DNA from: Nanobdellota archaeon
GTDB taxonomy: Archaea > Nanobdellota > Nanobdellia > Woesearchaeales > GW2011-AR4
Direction of reading: 5' to 3'
Length of the DNA stretch: 64,000 bases
NCBI GenBank assembly: GCA_038046385.1
Contig: JBBSWH010000006.1
Span: forward strand, 96,001 to 160,000
The translations under genes were made by a program, and so were the position numbers. Below the pieces are notes generated by a model that was given only the letters and a program-made list of their open reading frames with translations, did not search any database and was not told the origin of the DNA. The number at the start of each line of letters is the position of its first letter. Position 1 is the first letter of the stretch. Below are positions 48,141 through 57,271 of the stretch, one piece after another.

Positions 48141-48746
48141 TTACTCCAGAACTTTTAATCTTCCCGGGCGTATTTCAAACACATCTCCGTTCTGCAGAAG
48201 GGAGTTTATCATCTTTTCAGCATCCGGATTCTTTGATTTTGAAATAACATCCTCAAAAGAAACTCCGTCTCCAGTGTCAAGGTTCCTTATGATTGTGTAA
48301 ACATCTTCTTTCGGATTTAATTCGGCTTTAACTTCAGCTTCCGGAACATCTTCAACAGAAATAATTTTATTTTTTCCCAACTCAATTTTTCTTAAGTTAA
48401 TCCATTCGGGATTGCTGATTTTTTTAACTATTTCAGGCATGATATATCTTTCATTGTTAAATTCACGGATTCTGCCGACAACAAGAACAATATCCCCGAT
48501 GTCTATGGAAGAAAACATAACAGTGCTTTCAAAAGCACGAAGGTTTATTTTTCCAGTGCCATCATCTATCACCATTGACATGCTGTCCCCTTCCGGCTTG
48601 TAGACTGAATAAGCTATCACATTGACTCTGGCAACATTATTTCCATTCAGAGAAATCTGGCCGTCTGAAATGGAAGAGTTAACAATATCAGAAATAAGAA
48701 CCTTGTAAGCCACTTGCCTTTGGAATTTGTTATCTGAATCGGCCAT
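48141..48746 (-). CDS. RPA32-like OB-fold + wHTH ssDNA-binding protein
   Basis: RVN.I, IDDGTG.I, GD.V.V.GR, C-terminal GDVFE.RPG. Confidence 0.8.
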   Translation of the reverse strand: MADSDNKFQRQVAYKVLISDIVNSSISDGQISLNGNNVARVNVIAYSVYKPEGDSMSMVIDDGTGKINLRAFESTVMFSSIDIGDIVLVVGRIREFNNERYIMPEIVKKISNPEWINLRKIELGKNKIISVEDVPEAEVKAELNPKEDVYTIIRNLDTGDGVSFEDVISKSKNPDAEKMINSLLQNGDVFEIRPGRLKVLE

Positions 48747-48756
48747 TTTGCTAAAA

Positions 48757-50775
48757 TCATATTCTGCTTATTGAGCCGCGTTTAGGTTCAAATATGTCAC
48801 CAGAACGCTTTAGCCTTTCAAGAGCTTCTTCTATTTTATCTTCATCCAATCCCTTGTTTCTTGCTTCCTGCACCACTTCTTCTATCGGAATTGATTTTCC
48901 GTGCTTGACTTCAAGCTCTGCAACAACTTCCTTGACAATCATGATATGGCTTCTTTGGGATGCGCCGACTCCGGTTGCAATACGGTCGATATCAATCTTG
49001 CCGGTTTCCTTGTCGAATCCAACTTGCATCAGGCAATAGTCAAGCATCTCGATTGCTTTCTTGGCATCTTTTCTTGTAACTCTTGGATCTAACCTTGATC
49101 TTGCAGAAGCTTCGCTTAACCTTACAAGCGCTTCTAACTGTCTTGGTGATATTGGGACTGTCTTTACGCTGCCTTCCCCGCCGCCTCTTCTCATCTTCAA
49201 ATAAAATTCTTTTATTTCTTCAAGAGCACCATCAGTTAACTGAGGATGGCAATGCTGCCTTGCATAGCCTACAAATTTCTTCAGCATGTTTGTGTCTATT
49301 TCCGGCTCAATCAAATCCGGCTTCTGGTGCAAACTCAGAATATGCTTTGCCAATTTCTCGTCTCTGACTTCTTCCGGCAGGTCTTTTATCGGGAATATCA
49401 AATCGAACCTGTTGATTAATGTCGGCGGCAAATCTATTTGTTCTGATATCAGCCCATATGGGTCAAATCTTCCAAATTTTGGATTTGCTGCTGCAAGAAC
49501 TGTTGTACGCGCAATTAAAGTTGCCTGGATGTTTGCTTTTGAAATGCTGACTGTTTGATTTTCAAGAGCTTCGTGCATTGCAGCTCTATCTTCATTGCTC
49601 ATTTTGTCCATCTCGTCTATGCAGATTAAACCGTCGCTGGAAAGAACCATCGCTCCTGCTTCAAGCGCCCATCCGTTAAGAAATTCATCTTTAACTACAG
49701 CTGCAGTCAAACCTGCGCCGCTAACTCCCTTACCGGAAACATAACGTCCTTTTGGCGCAAACTGGACTATTCTTTTCAGAAGCGCTGACTTTCCACTTCC
49801 AGGATCACCAATCAAAAGAATGTGCATGTCACCTCTGCTGACAACCTTGTCGTTTCTTGTTTTTCTTACTCCACCCATCAGCTGAAGCAAAAGGCCTTCT
49901 TTTATTTTTTCATATCCAAAAATAGAAGGGGCGATTGAATTTATTAGCTTCTCATATCCTCTTGGATCGTTTGCTATTGCAAGAATTTCTTTTTCCTCTT
50001 CCGGAGATATGTTGATTTCATAGAATGTATCCTGGGTAGGCTTTACGTAGTTTGCCTCAATCATCAAATCAGACCTTGTCGAGCGGCTTCCGCTTTTTGA
50101 GATTATCGGGACTTCTTTTATCACTCCAATTGCTTCAACCCTGCTTCCAGGCGCTGTTCTTTTTTCGCTTAACGGAGAAACAAGGTCATTTGTCAAAAGC
50201 ACGTTCATTCTTTTTGGCTGCTCGCCGCCTTCAAGATTTTCAGATGCCTCTTCCAAGACAATTCCCTGTGCGTCAACCATCTCCTTATCAAGCATTACGA
50301 ATTTTCCTTTACGGCCGCAGCCGCATCTTGACGGCTCTTTGAAGGTTCCTTCTAATTGCAAAACATTCATTATGTTGCCGCACATCGGGCATTCAAATCT
50401 TGCAGAAGTTGTCTGCGGGCGTACATCGGATTTTTGCCTTACCAATCCCTGAACAAAAATAAGCCTTCCAATGTGATGGCTTCTGATATCTCTGATTTTT
50501 ACTTCCTGGCTTAACGGAATGTTTTCAAATCTTACCTTGAAATTTCCAAGATTTTCAATATCAAACTGGCCTATGGATTTTTCAATTGCCTTTATTGTTT
50601 CTTCAGGCTTATCCAGCAATTCTACAGCTAGGTCAGGATCAAACTTTGACAGTTCAGCAAAATCAACAAGGAGAAACTGGTGACCTTTTCTTACATTTTC
50701 AAGAAGCGTGCTATAGTAATTTGCGTCAATAAACTCCTGAAACCTTTTGATTTGGTCGACAACATTGATTTCCAT
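48757..50775 (-). CDS. mcm: MCM replicative helicase
   Basis: Zn finger, GDPGSGKS, CIDEMDKM, AAANP, RQLEAL.RL.EA. Confidence 0.97.
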   Translation of the reverse strand: MEINVVDQIKRFQEFIDANYYSTLLENVRKGHQFLLVDFAELSKFDPDLAVELLDKPEETIKAIEKSIGQFDIENLGNFKVRFENIPLSQEVKIRDIRSHHIGRLIFVQGLVRQKSDVRPQTTSARFECPMCGNIMNVLQLEGTFKEPSRCGCGRKGKFVMLDKEMVDAQGIVLEEASENLEGGEQPKRMNVLLTNDLVSPLSEKRTAPGSRVEAIGVIKEVPIISKSGSRSTRSDLMIEANYVKPTQDTFYEINISPEEEKEILAIANDPRGYEKLINSIAPSIFGYEKIKEGLLLQLMGGVRKTRNDKVVSRGDMHILLIGDPGSGKSALLKRIVQFAPKGRYVSGKGVSGAGLTAAVVKDEFLNGWALEAGAMVLSSDGLICIDEMDKMSNEDRAAMHEALENQTVSISKANIQATLIARTTVLAAANPKFGRFDPYGLISEQIDLPPTLINRFDLIFPIKDLPEEVRDEKLAKHILSLHQKPDLIEPEIDTNMLKKFVGYARQHCHPQLTDGALEEIKEFYLKMRRGGGEGSVKTVPISPRQLEALVRLSEASARSRLDPRVTRKDAKKAIEMLDYCLMQVGFDKETGKIDIDRIATGVGASQRSHIMIVKEVVAELEVKHGKSIPIEEVVQEARNKGLDEDKIEEALERLKRSGDIFEPKRGSISRI

Positions 50776-50797
50776 AGTGATACCATGCGCTTTTTAG

Positions 50798-50830
50798 CTT
50801 TATATATTTCATGTGAGCATGTCCAGTGGT
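50798..50830 (-). promoter_or_regulatory. R-box copy 7 = mcm promoter
   Basis: Reverse complement reads ACCACTGGACATGCTCACATGAAATATATAAAG; mcm ATG 55 nt from the motif start. Confidence 0.8.
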
Positions 50831-50864
50831 GGACAAGATAAAAAATAATAAAAAAACAAGCCAG

Positions 50865-51425
50865 TTAGGCCTTTACCTTTTTTAGGTTCTCAATCAGCTT
50901 GTCAAGAGCTGCGTGAACTTCTGTTTCAGACTTGGTTCCTGTGCAGACTATTTTGCCGTTGCTGAACAAAAGGAACGTGGCTTTCACAGTGCCTGCAGTC
51001 AGCTTGTAAACAAGCCCTGGGAACTGCTCTGGCTCATATTCTGTGTTCTCAAGCTTCATCGCAAGAGTGTTCAGATTCAAGTCCATCCAGACAGAACCGG
51101 AAGCAACTATGTTCTGTATTTTGATTTCCGGCTTAATTGTAATCTTGATGTTTATCTTTTCAAGACTCTTTATGATTTTGTTGATAGACAATCTTACATT
51201 TTCCATTGTCCTTGCGCCGGTGCAGACTACTTTTCCAGAACTGAATATCAATGCAGAAGTCTTCGGCTCCTTTATCCTTATAACAAGCCCCGGAAACTGC
51301 TCTGGGTTGTATTCTGTGTTGCTCAATGTAGCAGCCATCTTCTCCAACGGTATAGCATGCATCAAAGACGTCGAAACGACTATATTAACAACTTTTATGT
51401 CTCTTTTAGTTTCTTTCTTGGCCAT
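50865..51425 (-). CDS. tbp: TATA-box binding protein
   Basis: Two repeats of NIV.S...EY.PEQFPGL...LF..GK.VCTG. Confidence 0.97.
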   Translation of the reverse strand: MAKKETKRDIKVVNIVVSTSLMHAIPLEKMAATLSNTEYNPEQFPGLVIRIKEPKTSALIFSSGKVVCTGARTMENVRLSINKIIKSLEKINIKITIKPEIKIQNIVASGSVWMDLNLNTLAMKLENTEYEPEQFPGLVYKLTAGTVKATFLLFSNGKIVCTGTKSETEVHAALDKLIENLKKVKA

Positions 51426-51711
51426 GTTGGCTCCACCCCCGATTAAAATGACTTATTTGTGCTGAAAAAACCTTATTTTGCCTTATCTTTGTGGACAAGG
51501 TGTTTATTGAGCTTATTCAGGCACTTTCTTTATAAATATTTATAAATGGGGTTTCCTTTATAAATACTTTTATTTTTAAATAGGGTTTTCACGTCATATA
51601 TTTTAGAAAATGCATGCCCCCACGAGTTCCGATGGAGAATAGGGATTATGGTGATTTTGATTATTTTTAATATTTTAATTTTAAATTTATTTTATTGTTT
51701 AATATTATTCG

Positions 51712-51814
51712 TTAATGAGTTTCGTTATTGTTTTTGTTATTTTGTTTTATTGAAATTTTCTTTCCGTCCTTCGGACAAAAGTTACAGCTCGCTGGCACCA
51801 TAACCAGCTCGCCA
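51712..51814 (-). repeat. Structured intergenic element family B, copy 2
   Basis: Reverse complement TGGCGAGCTGGT..TGCCAGCGAGC..CCGAAGG-ACGGAAA..CAAAAACAATAACGAAACTCA matches 5622-5712. Confidence 0.7.
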
Positions 51815-51885
51815 TACATTGCAATCGCAACGCTTCGTCTATTTTTACCAATAACTTTAAATAAAATCCGACTAGATGATGATTC

Positions 51886-52440
51886 ATGTTTGAAGAAATA
51901 GTTTTCCCTAAAAATAACGAAAAGGAATTCATAGAGATAGCTGAAAAGCTCGGAACGAAAAAAATAACTTTTTTGTATAATCTTGAAGACTATAAGCCGA
52001 AGCATAATTTTGATACAGACATTGAAATCAAAACAGGGATAATCTCAAAGACATCAAATACAAGCCATGCTTTTAAAATGTCAAAGTTCGTTGCAGCAAA
52101 AAGCTCGCAATATGACAGGGAACTGATTGAAGGAAAAAAAATATCAATGATTTACGGCTTTGAAGAAAGCCCAAGAAGAGACAGCATGCACCAACAAGCG
52201 TCTGGATTAAACCATATAATGTGCACCCTTGCAAAAAGCAGCAATGTTGCAATAGGATTTTCTTATAGTTCTCTTCTTCAAAATAATCCAATGATAACCG
52301 GGAGGATGATGCAGAACCTGAAGCTGTGCAAGAAATACAAGAACAATGTTTTGGTAGGGTCTTTTGCAACAAATCCCCTGCAGTTAAGGTCAAGATACGA
52401 TGTTGCTTCTTTGTTTAGATTGATTGGGGCAAATGTATAA
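51886..52440 (+). CDS. rnp3: RNase P protein subunit Rpp30-like
   Basis: GLNH.....A....VAI.F, N..L..KY......S.A.....LR....SL. Confidence 0.75.
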   Translation: MFEEIVFPKNNEKEFIEIAEKLGTKKITFLYNLEDYKPKHNFDTDIEIKTGIISKTSNTSHAFKMSKFVAAKSSQYDRELIEGKKISMIYGFEESPRRDSMHQQASGLNHIMCTLAKSSNVAIGFSYSSLLQNNPMITGRMMQNLKLCKKYKNNVLVGSFATNPLQLRSRYDVASLFRLIGANV

Positions 52441-52559
52441 CTCCTATATAGGAAAACAAAAGCTTTTAATACAAGATATTGAAGAATACCCTATAATATT
52501 ATATTAGTAATGTTATTCATTGAAGTATACTGGTGGGTTGTATCTTGAAAAGAGGGATA

Positions 52560-55500
52560 ATGAGCAATAACTATAGGGTTCTAGCTTTTGTAATCTTATT
52601 TATGATTGGGTTTGTGAGTTATGTTCCGGATGTTAAGGCAGCATGCTGGAATGGATGGGGATGCAGCTTGGCTAGAGCATGCTGTAACAGCGGTAGCTCA
52701 TGTGGAGCATTGTATCAATCCTGCTGCCAGAATAGTGCTTGTGGCTCGGGGCTTGTATGCATTTCAGGAAAATGCAGTACCCCCTCTGGATGTTTGACAG
52801 AACCAGCAGGGTGCTACAAAAAAGAAACAATTTGCACAGTAACCGAAGTATGCAAAGACAGCCAAGATGATAGTGTATGCGACCCTCTAGATTACTATGG
52901 AGACGGGGAATGTGTTTGCAATCCAATAACACCTGAAGAGTGCCCTGATTATGCAAAACAAAATACAAACACACTAACAACAACAGCCGCAAAAAGCGAT
53001 TTTGCATATTATCTTCCTTCTCCAAAATGCACGAAAATCGGTTCTTGCGCCTGTCCAACCGGAACAGACGCAGTAACTCCAGTATCAGATTTTACAACAA
53101 CAGAAGCAGCATGCAAATGCATAACTGACGCAACTTGGACAGGCACAAGCTGCTGTGGATATGCTGGAGGGCCGGCGTGCACAGGACAACCATTATGTGG
53201 AGGAACATCATACAATTCAGCAACACAAAAATGCTGCGGTGACGTTATAAAACCAATAGGAGAAACCTGCCCATCAGCCCCAACAAACCCTACAACTCCC
53301 CTAACTTTTCAACAAGGGGATTGCCCGACTTCAGGATATACTTGCGATCCATATGTAGACCTACCGGCAAATCCTGTAAAGGCCAAAATCGCTTATCTTG
53401 AAAAGACAAAGTCCGAATATATTGCTATGGACAGCACAACCTGGGATAAATGCGACAAAGTTTTTGAATCTAATAAAAATATCAGAAAAAATATCACAGC
53501 TGACAATAAAAATCATACCTTCTTATGCACAGGAAAAGGAGAAGGATCAATTGTCGAATGCCAAGGCGAAGGGGCATCAATCTCAACAGGAGACGGACAA
53601 AGAATCAAAATAGGAGAATCAGTAAAACGCGGCCTTCCCAACAATCCGATTCCGGGAGAATGCAAACCGGGCCCGGTTCTTTGTGACGGAACAGCAAACG
53701 CAAACTGTGCATGCCCTAAAGACAAGAAGATAGTTTCTCAGAAAGTTTGCAAGAAGACGAACACATTAAAAACATGCACGCCTGGAGCATGCACTACAGG
53801 AACGAGCGTAACAAGTTGCCCACCACCTGCTTCAGACCCACTAACAGGAAGGGTTGTAAGAAATCCTATAACCGGAAATTTTGTTGCTCCACCTCTAGAC
53901 ACTTGCGGCGATACTACTTGTAATGAACCGAGTGAAACATGCACAAACTGCCCATCAGATTGTGGAGAATGCCCGCCTCCGCCTGCTGACTGCGGAGCAT
54001 TAGGACAAGATTGCTGCACTACCGGAACAGCATGCCCGGGACTTACATGCAATAGTGTAAGCGGAAAATGCGAAGCCGTGTCGGTTGGAGAATGCTGCAC
54101 ATGTTCAATGGAAAGAAAAACAGACTGCACAACAGAAGACCAAAAAGAAACAGTATATTCCTGTGAAGCATGCACTGACGATGGCAGTCCTTGTTATAAT
54201 TGCACAAAGCCAACAGAACCAATTACAGATACATCAACCTATTACTGCAACGCCGATACAAGATTTGTAAAAGACCTTGATTATTATATTCCAAATGTTG
54301 ATAAGAAACCGGTAAGGCCTTTTAATGCAGAGGATTACTGCTCAAACTCATCAAATTCAAAAGAGATGTGCAAGAAAACATGCGAAGCAGCAGGATTCTC
54401 TTGGACAGGAACAAAATGCTGCAGCGAAGATGATGATAATCTGACAGAAACAGCAGAAGGAATAACGACATTCTTTACCTGTTTAAATGACCCCACAAAG
54501 ACTGAATGCTACAATGATAAAATCAGTGCTTTAACAGGCACAGAAGGCGGATGCTGGAACAGCACAATAGTACCCTCATTCGATTCAGTCAGCGAAAATC
54601 CACCCACAAAAAATTCTGTCATGAATTACAATGGAGAATTCTACGGATGCGCAATAAGAAATGATTCAAACCCAAAATTAAAGAAACCAACGCCCGGTTT
54701 TAGAAATTTCAACACAGAGAATGATATTTTAATCCAACAAAACCCTCTTTCTTTTGGGCCAATACTTGATAAATATATAATAAATAGAAGACTGATAAAA
54801 GACCGCGCGCATTGCAATCTTTTAGAAAAATCACCCCTTCCAAACGCAGAATACTACTACTGCGCTTACAATGAAACATGGATATACTCAACAACAAAGA
54901 AAGAAAATCTTTCTTATGCACCCCCAGTACCATCGCTAATAACAGACCAAAAAAACGAAGCTGGATGCTGCGAGGAATTCAAGTGCTGGAATGGAAGAAC
55001 ATGTTCTAACAACCAGAAGAATGATCCAAAAGGATTGCCATTAGCAACTACTAATTTCAGATGCATAGACGGAAATTGGGTAGCATCTTCTTTGAAAAGA
55101 TCTCTTGACGGAAGAACCGGATACTGCGGAAACGAAAGCCAGTGCCTACTTGACCCCGATGAAGAGGATATCAACAAGCAGTGCATAGACTCCGGCCAAT
55201 ATATAGAAGACAATTACTGCGAATCAGGAAACTGGTCTTCAAGGACAAAATTAGTTGCATTGAAGATGATGAAGATAAAAGAAACTATTGGCAGATCTTC
55301 AGACTTTACACTGTTCTGCGATGATTCAAAAGATAACACTTTGAATTATCTTGCATATTCTGTGCAAACTGGGCAGGCTGCTGCTGCATTAGCAAAATTG
55401 AATCCAAATAACTTTTGCGTGCTTAATGTAGGAACAAGAACTTTCGTTGGAGTATCCCTCAATAAAAGGTCAGAAGAACTTTCTGCTAATACCTTGCAGG

Positions 55501-56063
55501 TCTTAGGAGGAACGTCGTGCAGCAGCACAGCAAACGACAGGCTCTACAATAAATGCACATCCAGCAACAGCAAATTATGGTACAACAGAAACTTAAGCAT
55601 AATGGTTTACAGCAACACTGATATAACTCCAAGTTCCATTCAGGATGCTTCTGAAAGAAACCCAGCTACCCTTATTTTGCAGCTGAAACAGATAATCAAC
55701 ATCCCTTTTAATTCGGTTGTAAGGGGCCTCGGACAAGCTTTATCGGAAGAAGATACTGGTTCTGAAATCCCCCTAAAATTCGACAGGCTTTACATGGCAA
55801 AGCAAGGAACAAAAGCAATCAACGCATTCCTTGAAGGGAGTTCACATCAGGCAGCAGTCATACAATACAATGGATTTACTACATCCAATATTTGCCAGCA
55901 GATTGACAAGTATGCGCAAGGAAGAACTATAGATGAAGACTCAGGAATATCCTGCTCCGGCACTGCAGGCAACTATTATGTTTATGCTTATGGCCAAATA
56001 TTTACAAACATAAAACCATCGATAATCTGGCCGGATTTAACGTCAAAATTAAGGTTAACATGA
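52560..56063 (+). CDS. Large secreted Cys-rich protein
   Basis: Signal peptide, many Cys modules (CGD..C...E.C..CP.DC; CG..GQ.CC; WTG..CC); start probably ATG 52560. Confidence 0.8.
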   Translation: MSNNYRVLAFVILFMIGFVSYVPDVKAACWNGWGCSLARACCNSGSSCGALYQSCCQNSACGSGLVCISGKCSTPSGCLTEPAGCYKKETICTVTEVCKDSQDDSVCDPLDYYGDGECVCNPITPEECPDYAKQNTNTLTTTAAKSDFAYYLPSPKCTKIGSCACPTGTDAVTPVSDFTTTEAACKCITDATWTGTSCCGYAGGPACTGQPLCGGTSYNSATQKCCGDVIKPIGETCPSAPTNPTTPLTFQQGDCPTSGYTCDPYVDLPANPVKAKIAYLEKTKSEYIAMDSTTWDKCDKVFESNKNIRKNITADNKNHTFLCTGKGEGSIVECQGEGASISTGDGQRIKIGESVKRGLPNNPIPGECKPGPVLCDGTANANCACPKDKKIVSQKVCKKTNTLKTCTPGACTTGTSVTSCPPPASDPLTGRVVRNPITGNFVAPPLDTCGDTTCNEPSETCTNCPSDCGECPPPPADCGALGQDCCTTGTACPGLTCNSVSGKCEAVSVGECCTCSMERKTDCTTEDQKETVYSCEACTDDGSPCYNCTKPTEPITDTSTYYCNADTRFVKDLDYYIPNVDKKPVRPFNAEDYCSNSSNSKEMCKKTCEAAGFSWTGTKCCSEDDDNLTETAEGITTFFTCLNDPTKTECYNDKISALTGTEGGCWNSTIVPSFDSVSENPPTKNSVMNYNGEFYGCAIRNDSNPKLKKPTPGFRNFNTENDILIQQNPLSFGPILDKYIINRRLIKDRAHCNLLEKSPLPNAEYYYCAYNETWIYSTTKKENLSYAPPVPSLITDQKNEAGCCEEFKCWNGRTCSNNQKNDPKGLPLATTNFRCIDGNWVASSLKRSLDGRTGYCGNESQCLLDPDEEDINKQCIDSGQYIEDNYCESGNWSSRTKLVALKMMKIKETIGRSSDFTLFCDDSKDNTLNYLAYSVQTGQAAAALAKLNPNNFCVLNVGTRTFVGVSLNKRSEELSANTLQVLGGTSCSSTANDRLYNKCTSSNSKLWYNRNLSIMVYSNTDITPSSIQDASERNPATLILQLKQIINIPFNSVVRGLGQALSEEDTGSEIPLKFDRLYMAKQGTKAINAFLEGSSHQAAVIQYNGFTTSNICQQIDKYAQGRTIDEDSGISCSGTAGNYYVYAYGQIFTNIKPSIIWPDLTSKLRLT

Positions 56064-57271
56064 AAAAAACAAAAATAAAAAATCATAGATTTTCCAGGAA
56101 ATCCCAGATAACAATGCTGATGATAATAGGGCTTGCAATATTCATAACAATAAGCCTCGTGCTTTACCTTTCAAAGTCTGCAATAAAAAAACAAACTTCT
56201 CAGTCAATAAAAAAAACACAGGGAACTTCAACAGACACAAGGCCGATACAGGAGTTTGCAAGCTCATGCGCTGACAAACTGACAAAAGACGCAATCTCTC
56301 TTGTTGGGAAACAGGGAGGGTATATCTATTCAAGCCAGGGCGGAACATTGCTGGATTACGGAGACGGGCAGGAAGGAGTTAGATACATAACTTGGGATAA
56401 CAAAAAAGTTTCATACGGAATACTTGCCCCATCATTCAGAATTGAAAAATATTCTGCAGAAGTTCCAGATTATCCTTGGATTAAATACCCATACATCGAC
56501 GATACCCTTACAATTGAAACATCCAAGGGAATTTTTGGAAAAAGCAACTTGCCATCTCTTTTGAAACCAGGAATACAATCAATACAGGGGCAGATTGAAT
56601 CGTATATTGACAAAAATATGGAAGCATGCACTGACGACTTTTCAATATTCGAGAGCCAAGGATATGATATAGAGATGAAGAACACAAAATCAGCTGTTAC
56701 GATAGGCAACAGCGATGTTTCTGCAAAAATAAACACAACAATTACAATTACAAATCTGCAGACGCAGGAGCATTCTGAGATAAATCATCTTTCCACAAAT
56801 GTAAATGTAAGGTTACGAGAATTATATCTTCTTGCAGATTATGCAATAAAAAATGATGTAGGCGATATATCGTTTGATATTAAAGACGCAAAGGATGAAA
56901 AGGGAACAATCGATATTGATGTTAAAAATGGCATTTTTTCCAAAGATGATATAATAATTCTAACGGACACAAAATCGTTCCTTTATGGAAAGCCGTACCA
57001 GTTCATTTTTGCAAGAAAGAACAGGGCGCCGGCGCTTTCTTACATAAGGGGGTCATCAAAAGAAATAGATTATATTAACACTAAGGAAGAATTAATTGAC
57101 GCTGCGGATTTACCTCTAAACGCAACAGACCCGGATGAAGATGATGTTGACATAAAAACATACCAATTATTTCCCTACACTACCACTAATACAGCTACTC
57201 CAATTAAGATATATGCAACAGACGGAGAACTTGAAGACTTTCACGAAATAAGCGTTAAATCAACAGGATGA
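56060..57271 (+). CDS. Large class III signal-peptide (minor pilin-like) protein
   Basis: RKSQITMLMIIGLAIFI N-terminus, QGGY motif, C-terminal cadherin/Ig-like NRAP..ATDPD.D. Confidence 0.75.
   Translation: MKKTKIKNHRFSRKSQITMLMIIGLAIFITISLVLYLSKSAIKKQTSQSIKKTQGTSTDTRPIQEFASSCADKLTKDAISLVGKQGGYIYSSQGGTLLDYGDGQEGVRYITWDNKKVSYGILAPSFRIEKYSAEVPDYPWIKYPYIDDTLTIETSKGIFGKSNLPSLLKPGIQSIQGQIESYIDKNMEACTDDFSIFESQGYDIEMKNTKSAVTIGNSDVSAKINTTITITNLQTQEHSEINHLSTNVNVRLRELYLLADYAIKNDVGDISFDIKDAKDEKGTIDIDVKNGIFSKDDIIILTDTKSFLYGKPYQFIFARKNRAPALSYIRGSSKEIDYINTKEELIDAADLPLNATDPDEDDVDIKTYQLFPYTTTNTATPIKIYATDGELEDFHEISVKSTG

Noticed and set aside
39882-50775. Inteins in Cdc6, PolD or MCM
   Set aside because: Protein lengths are ordinary and no splice-junction or LAGLIDADG motifs are visible.
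51430-51885. RNase P RNA next to rnp3, or a second origin (ORB-like GTTCCGATGGAGAATAGGG at 51626)
   Set aside because: No RNase P P4 consensus is seen, and a single imperfect ORB-like word has no inverted partner.
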